Below are positions 1 to 10,200 of a stretch of DNA of 23,445 nucleotides, in pieces. The translations under genes were made by a program, and so were the position numbers. The stretch spans positions 1-23,445 of the forward strand of contig JAQGDQ010001848.1 in the NCBI GenBank assembly GCA_030141605.1. The letters are read 5' to 3'. The stretch's first letter is position 1; every line of letters begins with the position of its first letter. The DNA comes from Tubiluchus corallicola (Eukaryota > Animalia > Priapulida). The notes under the pieces are model-generated. The model ran no database searches. It saw only the letters and a list, made by a program, of their open reading frames with translations, and was not told where the DNA came from.

Positions 1-203
1 CCATCTTAGTCTTAGTCTTCTGATTCTGATTTTAGTGCTCCAATGTTTAATTCTAATCTTACTGGTGTTGTTTCTGGCAATCTCGTTAAATGTCCTACCC
101 ATCTTAGTCTTCTGATTTTAGTGCTCCAATGTTTAATTCTAATCATACTGGTGTTGTTTCTGGCAATCTCATTAAATGTCCTACCCATCTTAATCTTCTG
201 ATT
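1..203 (-). repeat. About 2.3 copies of an 86/92-bp LINE-derived tandem unit
   Basis: Same unit as 621-1240. Confidence 0.88.
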
Positions 204-370
204 ACAAAACTGCTGACGCAAAGCCACTGTTCTGACGTCATCCATTATACTCTGTCTATAACTTTGATTCAGTAAAAGCTGCTGGCTTTATGTTACATAA
301 ACAGACAAACACTAGGTAGAATGTTTGCGCATTGTTGATTACAACTGTATTTTGCGGGGCCTTTGCTAGT

Positions 371-619
371 TCAAGATAATAATCTATAATTAAACTGTCT
401 AAATGGGGGGTAATGTGAGTGTTCTCTACGACACAGAATCTACACATTACCAATGAGTTAGTTTGACTGAAGGCTTTTATAACATTTGGTATTCATTATG
501 TCTAAAAATAGGTTAGGTACAAGTTAAGATCACGTATGCCATGTTACGTTTTCAAGGTCAAAACTACGTATGAATGCGGCTGTGACAAGTGTTTGAAATT
601 GCGAGTGTTTTGTGTTTGC
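371..619. repeat. Dispersed repeat (non-autonomous TE fragment), copy 1
   Basis: 371-478 and 568-619 match 4567-4737. Confidence 0.75.
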
Positions 620-620
620 T

Positions 621-1338
621 CCAATGTTTAATTCTAATCTTACTGGTGTTGTTTCTGGCAATCTCATTAAATGTCCTACCCATCTTAGTCTTCTGATTCT
701 GATTTTAGTGCTCCAATGTTTAATGCTAATCTTACTGGTGCTGTTTCTGACAATCTCGTTAAATGTCCTACCCATCTTAGTCTTCTGATTTTAGTGTTCC
801 AATGTTTAATGCTAATCTTACTGGTGTTGTTTCTGGCAATCTCGTTAAATGTCCTACCCATCTTAGTCTTCTGATTTTAGTGCTCCAATGTTTAATGCTA
901 ATCTTACTGGTGTTGTTTCTGGCAATCTCATTAAATGTCCTACCCATCTTAGTCTTCTGATTCTGATTTTAGTGCTCCAATGTTTAATGCTAATCTTACT
1001 GGTGTTGTTTCTGGCAATCTCATTAAATGTCCTACCCATCTTAGTCTTCTGATTTTAGTGCTCCAATGTTTAATGCTAATCTTACTGGTGTTGTTTCTGG
1101 CAATCTCATTAAATGTCCTACCCATCTTAGTCTTCTGATTTTAGTGCTCCAATGTTTAATGCTAATCTTACTGGTGTTGTTTCTGGCAATCTCATTAAAT
1201 GTCCTACCCATCTTAGTCTTCTGATTCTGATTTTAGTGCCACAATGTTCTTCTTTGGTTCTGATATACGCAGCTGTTCATTTGAAATGATCTATGGACAT
1301 TTATTTCTAAGATTTTTCTGAGTCAGCCTCTGCAAAAC
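621..1338 (-). mobile_element. Degenerate RTE-like non-LTR retrotransposon ORF2 3' fragment, with its last 86/92 bp amplified into 7 tandem copies (621-1240)
   Basis: Units start at 621, 713, 799, 885, 977, 1063 and 1149. The minus strand reads LRKILEI..ISNEQL..TKEEH.STKIRIRRLRWVGHLMRLPETTPVRLAL, with frameshifts. This is the RLRWxGHxxR motif found after the RT domain in RTE-clade LINEs. Confidence 0.8.
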
Positions 1339-1412
1339 ACATTTATTTCTGCTTAAATTAACTTTGATTTTTCAGTTTTGTTAATTTCAGTCATTTAACT
1401 TTTTCCATGCAG

Positions 1413-1524
1413 TAAATTCAGTGAAGACGGTTGCGTTAAGGCAGAGGAAAACGCCACGCACTGCACATGTTTGTGCACGCACACGACAAATTTTGCTTTG
1501 CTGGTTCAAGTAAACAACGCTAAG
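1413..1524 (+). CDS. aGPCR exon: GPS motif and Stachel (KFSEDGCVKAEENATHCTCLCTHTTNFALLVQVNNAK)
   Basis: Acceptor ttttccatgcag, donor AAG|gtaatt. The GC-x(9)-CxCxCxHxT.FA.L pattern matches a GPS motif. Confidence 0.92.
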
Positions 1525-2103
1525 GTAATTTTAATTTTACACAAATTTTTTCCAAAATTTTATCATCTTAAAAATTTATTTTGTCTTAACAGCGTTATAG
1601 GACAAACAGCGCACTGTGGGGCTGTTATGTACAGAAAGCCTTCACTATTTCATTCATGTTCCAAAGTCGTTTATTCTAAAGAGAATAATAAAGAGAACAT
1701 TAACAAGTAAGAAAAATAAATAGAATGATAAATAGGAGCTTAATAAATACAAAGACAACCTATTGGTCAAAGTACTTTTACAAATTTCACAGATCGAATT
1801 CGTAAACTTAATTAAATTATTTAAATTCACGTAACTTACATCATTGGCTCTTCATCAAGATTTAAATTTCTCAAGGTACAAAATTTGGTGATAACTCTCC
1901 ACACTGCTTGTAGAGGGCAGCACCTTCCAATAAATAAGTGTTGTTATGCATATTGCAGTTACAAGGGCTCTAACTAAACAATCAGTCACAGGAATAAAAA
2001 CATAAATGATTGATAAAATTAAACAGGTACAGTAGACTACGTACGACTCGAATTCTTGCGTATCTCAAACAGATCCCATTAAACGGATTTTTCCTTTCCT
2101 TTC

Positions 2104-2474
2104 TGTTGTGGAGATCGCTGGCATCTATTAGAATTACATAGAACATTGTAGAATGTTCCATTAGAATAATCGTCTTACCGTGTAGAATGTTCTAGAAAGA
2201 AACGTCTAGAATGTTCCCTGGCACGCTGTATAAGGCGAAGCAGGCCACTGAGACCCACACACAGATTCACACGGACGTCACTTACACATTCTCTTGTATT
2301 CTTACATTTTCAGATACACTCAAACGTTTTCCAGATTTTCACGTTTAGTGTAAACATTTCGCGTTCCTTCATACTTTTGTGTTGTAGAATTCTTGCTTAA
2401 TGAACTAGTTTAATTTGACGAAGTGTTTTCCGTTTTTTTTCTACGAGCCTTCCGAGAGAAACAAAAAAAACAAA
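2104..2474 (+). mobile_element. Probable solo LTR (371 bp) with 5-bp TSD CTTTC
   Basis: Starts TGTTGT and ends ...ACAAA (a degenerate ACAACA). CTTTC lies at 2099-2103 and 2475-2479. It contains a TATA-like tataag at about 2229 and GAA/TTC arrays. It interrupts a (g)taactcgaa-rich MITE-like sequence starting tacagtag at 2028. Confidence 0.55.
2184..2198. promoter_or_regulatory. Canonical three-unit heat-shock element nGAAnnTTCnnGAAn
   Basis: aGAAtgTTCtaGAAa, with further GAAtgTTC units at about 2151 and 2209. Motif match only. Confidence 0.45.
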
Positions 2475-3377
2475 CTTTCTCTTTACCAAACATTGGATGA
2501 CTCAAAATCTGTAACTCGAATTATCGCGTAACTCAAGCCAAATTCCAGGTACAATTTATAAGAATCTAAGTGAAATTACACTACGTATCTCGAACAACCT
2601 CCGAAGTCAAAAGTGGTAGGATTTCTTGTATTGCATTAGCAGAACGCTGAACACAACATGGCTTAACGAACGTGGTTTAATAAGCATTTAACTTTTTCCA
2701 TGCAGTAAATTCAGCGAAGACGGTTGCGTTAAGGCAAAGTTGTGTTCAGCGTTCAGACATATCACAGAGCTGTTCTAAGGTCGAATTTGTGAAATATTGA
2801 GGTTAAAAATCAATCAATTTCGCTGTGATCATAAGGTCCCTTACATGCGATGTAATTTACCTGGGTTTCTAATACATGGGACCTGAAGATATCGTCCTTT
2901 ATAAACAAAAATCCCTTATATCTGAGTACCTTACATACGAAGATTTTCATAAGGAAAAACATTGCGAAAAGTCGCAACCAGTGTTGGTGGTCCCTCTTAA
3001 GCGACTGTCCCTTATAAGCAAGTACCTTATATATGAAGATTTTTAGATAGGAAAAACGTTACGAAAAATGGAGACCAGTTGACTGTAGTTTTAATTTTAT
3101 TAATTAAAACACACACTTTGAATAATAAACAAAGGAACAGCTGATGCTATAGGATTGTTAGAATCAGGAGAAAGTGAGATATCGCCACTTATTCCGAGGG
3201 AGTGCATTTATAGGATAGATATAGTGCTCAAAGCAATTGACCTTACAAGTTATTAAGTCGGTATTCACATGGGGGTCATTTTTGTTTTTCCTGGTACAAT
3301 GTTTGTTGTAGTTATAGGTAACAGGACTGATTGATTATTGGTGATCAGTAATAATACAATGGCGCGTGTTTTTGCAG

Positions 3378-3481
3378 GCAAGTTTACCAGACACAACAGC
3401 GCTGAGGTTGGTGACTCTTGTGTTCTTCTGCATATCACTCGTCTGTCTGGTATCGACGGTTGCCGTGTTCGTTTATCTACG
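3378..3481 (+). CDS. aGPCR exon: TM1 ([35 protein letters not shown])
   Basis: Acceptor tttttgcag, donor CG|gtgagt. In phase with both neighbours; hydrophobic helix with the SLxCL motif. Confidence 0.9.
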
Positions 3482-3562
3482 GTGAGTATGTGAACATGGC
3501 AGAAGTAGCAAAAACAAAGGAAATTTGGGCAAAAGTGTTTATGGTGTGTTGGGCAAAAGGAA

Positions 3563-3569
3563 AGAGAGG

Positions 3570-3664
<95 letters not shown>

Positions 3665-3667
3665 AGA
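3563..3667. repeat. (GA)n followed by (GAGAGT)n microsatellite
   Basis: Direct inspection. Confidence 0.97.
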
Positions 3668-3741
3668 AAATAGCAAGCAGCAATTCTTTGTGCCGTTTAG
3701 CTTTAACTTAAAGATAATGTGCATACTACCGTACACACAAA

Positions 3742-4038
3742 AGAAGGATTGACTTTTCCTTTAATTTCCGAACATTGAAAGAAGCCTAGCCTAACAGAAG
3801 GATTGACTTTTCCTTTAATTTCCGAACATTGAAAGAAGCCTAGCCTCCCAGAAGGATTGACTTTTCCTTTAATTTCCGAACATTGAATAAAGCCTAGCCT
3901 TCCAGAAAGATTGACTTTTCCTTTAATTTCCGAACATTGAAAGAAGCCTAGCCTCCCAGAAGGATTGACTTTTCCTTTAATTCCCGAACATTGAAAGAAG
4001 CCTAGCCTTCCAGAAAGATTGACTTTTCCTTTAATTTC
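3742..4038. repeat. 54-bp minisatellite, 5.5 copies
   Basis: Units start at 3742, 3796, 3850, 3904, 3958 and 4012. Confidence 0.95.
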
Positions 4039-4152
4039 ATGCACAGATTACAGCAAATTTGAAGTTTCTCATTTTTAAAGCACTTCGCAGTCATAAGCAG
4101 TCATTATAATCTAAAAGCCATGGCAGTTCAAGTCAACTTGACTTTTTTGCAG

Positions 4153-4255
4153 TCACTTGAGATCGGAACGAGTTTTCATCGTCAAGAACCTCAGCTTTGC
4201 CGTTTTCGTCGCACAACTTACTTTCGTGCTGGGAGTGGAACAAACCCACGACAAG
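4153..4255 (+). CDS. aGPCR exon: ICL1/TM2 (HLRSERVFIVKNLSFAVFVAQLTFVLGVEQTHDK)
   Basis: Acceptor ttttttgcag, donor AAG|gtaagt. Has the R...I.xNL pattern of TM2. Confidence 0.92.
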
Positions 4256-4566
4256 GTAAGTCAGCGTAAAAAAGGCGGAAAATTTGGAAGAAAAATTTGT
4301 TACTTTAAACGGGGAGAAGCACCGAATGTCCGAGGTTCCTAAATCACCCCTTTCTTTAGTAAACAAAACCGAAAAATCTCGAATAAAAAGAGGTCTATGT
4401 ACATAAAGAGGTCTACTTACGTCTTCAGTAAAATAAGCCACTGTACTTGCTCGTGTTTAATAACTGCCAAGAAAAGAGAAATTGCAATGCTAACATATAT
4501 TTTACGTATTTACATACACAAAACAAACTAACAATATTAAACAGTGCAATTATCTATATAAACTAA

Positions 4567-4737
4567 TCAAGATAATAATCTATAATTAAGCCGTCTAAAT
4601 GGGGAAGGGGGGGGGGAGAATGTGAGTGTTCTCTACAAGACAGTATCTAGACATTACCAATGAGTTAGTTTGACAGAAGGCTTTTGTATGAATGCGACTG
4701 CGACAAGTATTTGAAATCGCGACTGTTTTGTGCTTGC
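4567..4737. repeat. Dispersed repeat, copy 2, lacking about 90 bp internally relative to copy 1
   Basis: tcaagataataatctataattaa...cattaccaatgagttagtttgac...gtatgaatgcg is shared with 371-619. Confidence 0.75.
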
Positions 4738-4959
4738 AAGAAGCACGACAGCAAGACTGTCCGTCTCTCCGAACCGCCCGTTTTCAGTCGTTACAGCAAG
4801 CGTGCTGATGGCTAAGTTTCTTCTCGGCGAGCTACAGACGAAATGATCGTCAAATCACGCGTCTTCAAGGAAAATATGATTTTCAGACGTGTACGAAATT
4901 TGTCAAAAGCTTGTCGCAGAGTTAACAGAAAGTAGACAATGTTTTTAACCATTAACGTA

Positions 4960-5391
4960 CAGGTCTGTCTGTAACATTACATCGATGCATCGTGATAATC
5001 TGAGTCAATGATATTTAGCACGTTATTTGATCATGCGCTGGTAGAAACAATGTGAACTGATTCAAGCTGCTGTAGAGTTTACTGTAGATATGTAACAATC
5101 AGTGCAGTGAACAGTAGTTGGTAACTGGGCTGCAATACAAACAATAACCTACACATTAGTATGACACGAGTAATCAATAAAAATCAAACATTTTGTCGAG
5201 TTATATTAGCATTTGTTATTATTATTATTATTTATTATTATTAGCATTAATCCTAAAACTGTTGAGTGATAAAATATGTTTAGCATTTATTATCAACGGT
5301 TTCATCAAGTTTTTTATGAAGCCTGCAAACATTAAGTCAAGTGTATCGTGATACGTATCACACCGTGACTTACATGTATCGTTACAGCCCC
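4960..5391. mobile_element. Possible degenerate hAT-like MITE
   Basis: The ends ctgtaacattacatcg.. and ..gtatcgttacagcccc are imperfect inverted repeats with subterminal ATCG/CGAT motifs. No clear TSD. Confidence 0.35.
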
Positions 5392-5402
5392 ATTAGCATG
5401 TA

Positions 5403-5548
5403 GAGTAAGTCCTCACTTAACGAGCTTCAATCAAAGTAAAAAATCTTCGTTAAAACGAAACAATGTGTTAAGTGATTAAAGGTGTCAAATGATTAACGTC
5501 ATTAAAACGAAACGTTGCTAAACGCGGTCGTTAAGCGAGGACTTACTG
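5403..5548. mobile_element. Tc1/mariner (pogo/Tigger-like) MITE, 146 bp
   Basis: 21-bp TIRs matching at 19/21 (gagtaagtcctcacttaacga / tcgttaagcgaggacttactg), flanked by TA on both sides. Confidence 0.8.
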
Positions 5549-5727
5549 TACCTAAAGTTTTAATATTTTCGTGATAATACGGGTCTAGAAAAACAAACGC
5601 TTAACTTCCACATTCAGTATCATTGTTTGTAATTAATTAATATGTGCAATTAGCAATTCTTAATTACTATGTGCAATTTGGGGTCCTTAATCTTAGATTT
5701 TATTTATTTCATGTCGCGTGATTTCAG

Positions 5728-5960
5728 GTGATCTGTCTGATAATCTCTATATCGCTTCACTATTTCTTCATGGCTTCATTCACCTGGATGCTGTGTCAAG
5801 GATTGAACGTCCTCCTCCTCCTCAGACTGACCGACGAGGAGTTGAAGAAGAACAAGCGGTCACTGCATATGATCTACATCGTTCTCGGCTGGTTGATGCC
5901 CGCGTTTATCGTCGGCGTATCGGCCGTGGTAAATCACGAGTTTTACCAAACCGAGAACTA
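5728..5960 (+). CDS. aGPCR exon: TM3-TM4 (VICLIISISLHYFFMASFTWMLCQG...YIVLGWLMPAFIVGVS...QTEN)
   Basis: Acceptor atttcag, donor TA|gtaagt. LHYFF/WM and GWxxP class B motifs. Confidence 0.95.
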
Positions 5961-5969
5961 GTAAGTTGG

Positions 5970-6036
5970 TTAGAATATCTAGGAATGTTTATTAGAATAT
6001 CTAGGAATGTTTATTAGAATATCTAGGAATGTTTAT
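5970..6036. repeat. 22-bp tandem repeat x3 just after the TM3-4 exon donor
   Basis: ttagaatatctaggaatgttta x3. Confidence 0.9.
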
Positions 6037-6059
6037 ACACTAAAATAAGTAAGTGGAAG

Positions 6060-6870
6060 GAGCTCACAATTTCCTAACCCTAACTCTAGGCTTAACTGTA
6101 ACCCTGATTCTTAGCAGAAGTTCACAATTCCCCGCACAATTTAAATACTCTAACCCAGTCCTAAACCTGATCCTAATCCTAACCCTAACCCTCATCCTAA
6201 ACCTTATCCTAATCCTAACCCTTACCCAGTCCTAAGCCTGATCCTAATCCTAACTCTAGCAGAACCCTGAACCCTAGCGGAAGAAGTTCACAATTCCCCG
6301 CACAATTTAAATACCCTTACCCAGTCCTAAACCTGATCCTAATCCTAACTCTAGCAGAACCCTGAACCCTAGCGGAAGAAGTTCACAATTCCCCGCACAA
6401 TTTAAATACCCTTACCCAGTCCTAACCCTGATCCTAATCCTAACTCTAGCAGAACCCTGAACCCTAGCGGAAGAAGTTCACAATTCCCCGCACAATTTAA
6501 ATACCCTAACCCAGTCCTGACCCTGATCCTAATCCTAACTCTAGCAGAACCCTGAACCCTAGCGGAAGAAGTTCACAATTCCCCGCACAATTTAAATACC
6601 CTAACCCAGTCCTGACCCTGATCCTAATCCTAACTCTAGCAGAACCCTGAACCCTAGCGGAAGAAGTTCACAATTCCCTGCACAATTTAATAACCCTAAG
6701 TCCTGACCCTGATCCTAATCCTAACCCTAACTCTAACTTTAACTTTAATCCCGCACTATTTAAATATCCTAACTGAACCCTGAACCCTAGCAGGAGGAGT
6801 TCACAATTCCCCGCACAATTTATATACTCTAACCCAATCCTAACCCTAACCGTTATCCTAATCCTAATCT
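6060..6870. repeat. 95-bp minisatellite built from CCCTAA-like hexamers, with degenerate flanking copies
   Basis: gttcacaattcc recurs at 6286, 6381, 6476, 6571 and 6666 (period 95), and also at 6120 and 6799. Confidence 0.9.
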
Positions 6871-7291
6871 GCTTCACAAGAACCAATTTCTTGTATGTGA
6901 TGCATTATTACTTATCAGTTTTGCACTTTTTTTGTTTTTTCAAATTTACTTCATTGAAATAAAAGATGTGCAGTTGTTTACTGCAGGATGCACTAACATG
7001 TACCACATGTTAAATGACCCAAAACAAGCCCAAACTACTGAACTAAAAGAATATTTCACTTGACAAATGAGCAACCAAAGTTAAGCAACACTTGCACTAG
7101 TTAGTAAATACGTGGATGACCCCAAAAGTAGAAATCTGGGTGATCTCATCTCGACATCCGCCTAACTGTGTTATTGAGGAGGATATGTGACAAGACATTG
7201 CCAGTAAAGAAGCCACAGTGACCTATATCCTGGTCCTGCCACGCGTTGTTCATTGAGTAAGAAAACTGCATTCATTGTTTTGTTCATACAG

Positions 7292-7447
7292 CTGCTGGAT
7301 GTCTCAAGAAAAGGGAGTCATTTACGGGTTCATTGGACCGGCTATGCTTACCGTGCTGATGAACGTTGTGATGGGTGTGATTGCATTGTGTTATTACTGC
7401 AAGATGAGAAAATATGAGGAACTGGAGTCGACGTTGATTCAAGCAAG
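7292..7447 (+). CDS. aGPCR exon: ECL2/TM5 (YCWMSQEKGVIYGFIGPAMLTVLMNVVMGVIALCYYCKMRKYEELESTLIQAR)
   Basis: Acceptor ttgttcatacag, donor AG|gtgagt. CW, FIGP and N motifs of aGPCR TM5. Confidence 0.93.
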
Positions 7448-7578
7448 GTGAGTGAACTTTGTGAACACGATGAACGTTGTGATGGGTGTGATTGCATTGT
7501 GTTATTACTGCAAGATGAGAAAATATGAGGAACTAGAGTCGACGTTGATTCAAGCAAGGTGAGTGAACTTTGTGAACA
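7358..7578 (+). repeat. 111-bp tandem duplication of the TM5 exon 3' half plus splice donor
   Basis: 7358-7468 is repeated from 7469, with a second gtgagt donor at 7559. Confidence 0.95.
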
Positions 7579-8103
7579 GTAGCTGAATGTTCATCGTAAC
7601 TTTCATTGCTGTTTAGTAAAGAAAAACTACATTTATACATGATTCAAGCACTATATGTGAACCTTCTGAACAGTAGCTGAAGTTCAATGTACACTAACTC
7701 CCCGCTATGCGAAATGCGACGTTAAGTGAAACGTTGTTAAACGAAACCAAGATTTCCATAAAAAGCAGCGTAAAAGAACTGAGATGCGTTCCAGAGGCCA
7801 AAATCAACGCTGCTTTACGAGTTTTATTGTATCGTGAGGTTCATGACAAAAAGTAAAGTGTTTGAAAAAAATCCATGGCTGATTGATGTTACAAAATCAG
7901 TTATGAAGAAAGGTTGCCAGGGCTTGAACACGGTCAGTTTCTCATATGCACACCACTGATAGCCCATATTGAAGGTTCGAGTAAAACAGCTGGAAATTTT
8001 TACAGCTAAAAACCAGCAGTGATCATTGGGTCATTACCATTTGATGTACAGACACAAGCCACAAGCTGCACCAAGCAGATGTAAAATTCAGCATGTTAAA
8101 GCT

Positions 8104-8385
8104 ACACTTGCTAGAGACTGTTTGTTGTTCCTGCTTCTGTCGTGCATCCTGTTCCTGCTGCCGTGCATCCAGTTCCTGCTCTTCTTGTTGTCGTACATCC
8201 TGTGCCTGTTGTTCCTGCTGCTGCTCTTACACTTGCTAGAGACTGTTTGTTGTTCCTGCTCTTGCTCCTGTCGTGCATCCAGTTCCTGCTCTTGCTCCTG
8301 CCGTGCATCCAGTTCCTGTTGTTCCTGCTCTCGCCCTTGTTGGTGTCATGCATCCTGTTCCTGCTCTTACACTTACTAGATTGTT
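8104..8385. repeat. Low-complexity CCTG(T/C)T-rich repeat; related block at about 8750-8950
   Basis: Recurring gtgcatcctgttcctgct and tacacttgctagagactgtttgtt. Confidence 0.85.
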
Positions 8386-8425
8386 TGTTATATAACGGTG
8401 TTAATGCAAATGAATTTTTTCATAG

Positions 8426-8558
8426 ATCACCAATGATGTCTGTTTTGGTGTTAGCACCGCTGTTCTGCATGACTTGGGTTTTTGGATTGCTGGGTCAACC
8501 GCTTGACCAGTCGACAATTGCCTTCCTTTACGTCTTTGTGATATTCAATGCTCTTCAG
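8426..8558 (+). CDS. aGPCR exon: TM6-TM7a (SPMMSVLVLAPLFCMTWVFGLL...FLYVFVIFNALQ)
   Basis: Acceptor ttttttcatag, donor CAG|gtatta. TWxFG and FNxLQ motifs, with the intron at the family-typical Q|G position. Confidence 0.93.
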
Positions 8559-9025
8559 GTATTAATCATCATAATCATAGCAGTTTTACTATAGCAAGCA
8601 CAAGCAGAAACCTCCTACTTCAGCAGTCTTGCACTACAATTTGATTGGGTTTACCGTAGTAATTCTTGGCATCTGTCCACCTATGCTTACTGTTGTAAAA
8701 TGTTTCAGCTTGTGCTCAGTGTCGTAAAAGTACACTGTGGTTAGAGATTTCACTGTCATGCATCCTGTTCCTGTTTTTCTTCCTCTTACTTTACCTCTTG
8801 TCTGCTGCTCCTGCTCTTGTTGCTGCTGTCGTGCATCCTGTGCTTGTTGTTCCTACTCTTGTTCCCACTCTTGCGTCGCCCTCGCTCCTGTCGTGCATCC
8901 CATTCCTGTTGTGCATCCTGTGCCTGTCGTGCATTCTCTCTTGCTCTCGACTGCTTCAATATAGTCTGAGCTTGATGCATTCCTGCAAAAAATACAATTA
9001 TGTGGTCAGAAACTGAAGATTTTGT

Positions 9026-9812
9026 AAGCTCTTAGACAAATCTATCAATGATCAATGATGCACGAACATTCTACATAGTTTTGCTTATTGCTTCTTTTAA
9101 TCTGTAAGGTATTAGAAACACGGGTGAGAACAATGCCTAGAACAGCCGCAAAATTTGCAAATTCAAAGACAATGGGCATTCAAATTAGTGTACAGCAGTG
9201 GGGGGGTTAAAATCTGCCAGGCTCACCCATATGCCCAAATTTTGTGAAAAATTGCACAAACCGCCTCTAGAAACACTCGATTTGTGCACTGGTTGGGCAT
9301 GTTGGGAAAAACCCCCACTGCTACACTGATTCTCTGAGTTTGAGAAATTTAGCAGCTAGCGGCTGTTCCAGGCATTGTTGTCACCCAGCATACTGTGTTG
9401 CCATGTGTGCAAGTTCTGTTAGTCTATTATGGGAAAAACTGTGACATTGATGGGTCTAACAGCATTTGTTATAGCATACTGATTCAATTTCGTACAAAAT
9501 GTTTTTGCTCCGACGACTGCACCATTCTCAGCAATCTAGGATCAGATCCACGGGTTTGCTGTTGGGGGTTTGTTTACGAATCGGAGGACACCGGGAGGAA
9601 CGGCTCATTTCTAGAGGTCAGGAGTTCAACCGTGTGTGCAGTAGGCATGTTTAGAATTCGAGTGAGAGCCACGGTTTCCCGTAACGGGCCTTTTTCGTTG
9701 ACCTAATTGATTGTGCATGTAAGCAATCTGTTAACCTACCATCTGCGAAGCAATAAGCAAAACTATGTAGAATGTTCGTGCATTGACCATTAGTGATTGG
9801 GTCTAAGAGCTT
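9026..9812. mobile_element. MITE-like element with about 66-bp TIRs, containing a nested palindromic element (9122-9386)
   Basis: 9058-9094 is a perfect 37-bp inverted repeat of 9747-9783, extending to aagctcttagac/gtctaagagctt. Inner arms 9122-9149 and 9359-9386 match at 26/28. Confidence 0.75.
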
Positions 9813-10200
9813 CTGTTACAGGACACAGTTTCAACTTTGTGCAAGGTTTTGCTATGATGTGGGTTGTTGTTGTGAGTTTATGCACAAAAAGGATTTTGCA
9901 TATGAATTCAAAACAACAACCCAGATCGCAACACACCATTCACACCCGTCACAATAAACCCTCGACATCGCAAGGTGATGACGACACAACACTAACAGGA
10001 GAGCACCATAGTGAAACCAGGCAAAATGCTCTTAGACACAATTATCGATAATGTGTAGCCATTTCATATTAGAAAGGGTTTTTTTGACGTTTTCTGCCCC
10101 GCCCCCCAGTGGACCTGATTCAAAAAATAAACGTCTTGGTTAGAAAACCATATGAAAAAGAGTAAGATTTTCTAGCTTAATGAAATCTTTCTTCCTCCAG

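Noticed and set aside
12-775. 77 and 81 aa ORFs as functional genes
   Set aside because: Frameshifted, tandemly repeated LINE fragments with no intact RT.
3418-4044. ORFs with RE/SE/SL runs and 18-aa repeats
   Set aside because: Products of the GA microsatellite and the 54-bp minisatellite.
8026-9016. Cys-rich metallothionein-like and Leu-rich ORFs
   Set aside because: Low-complexity intronic repeats; only 8426-8558 fits the GPCR splice chain.
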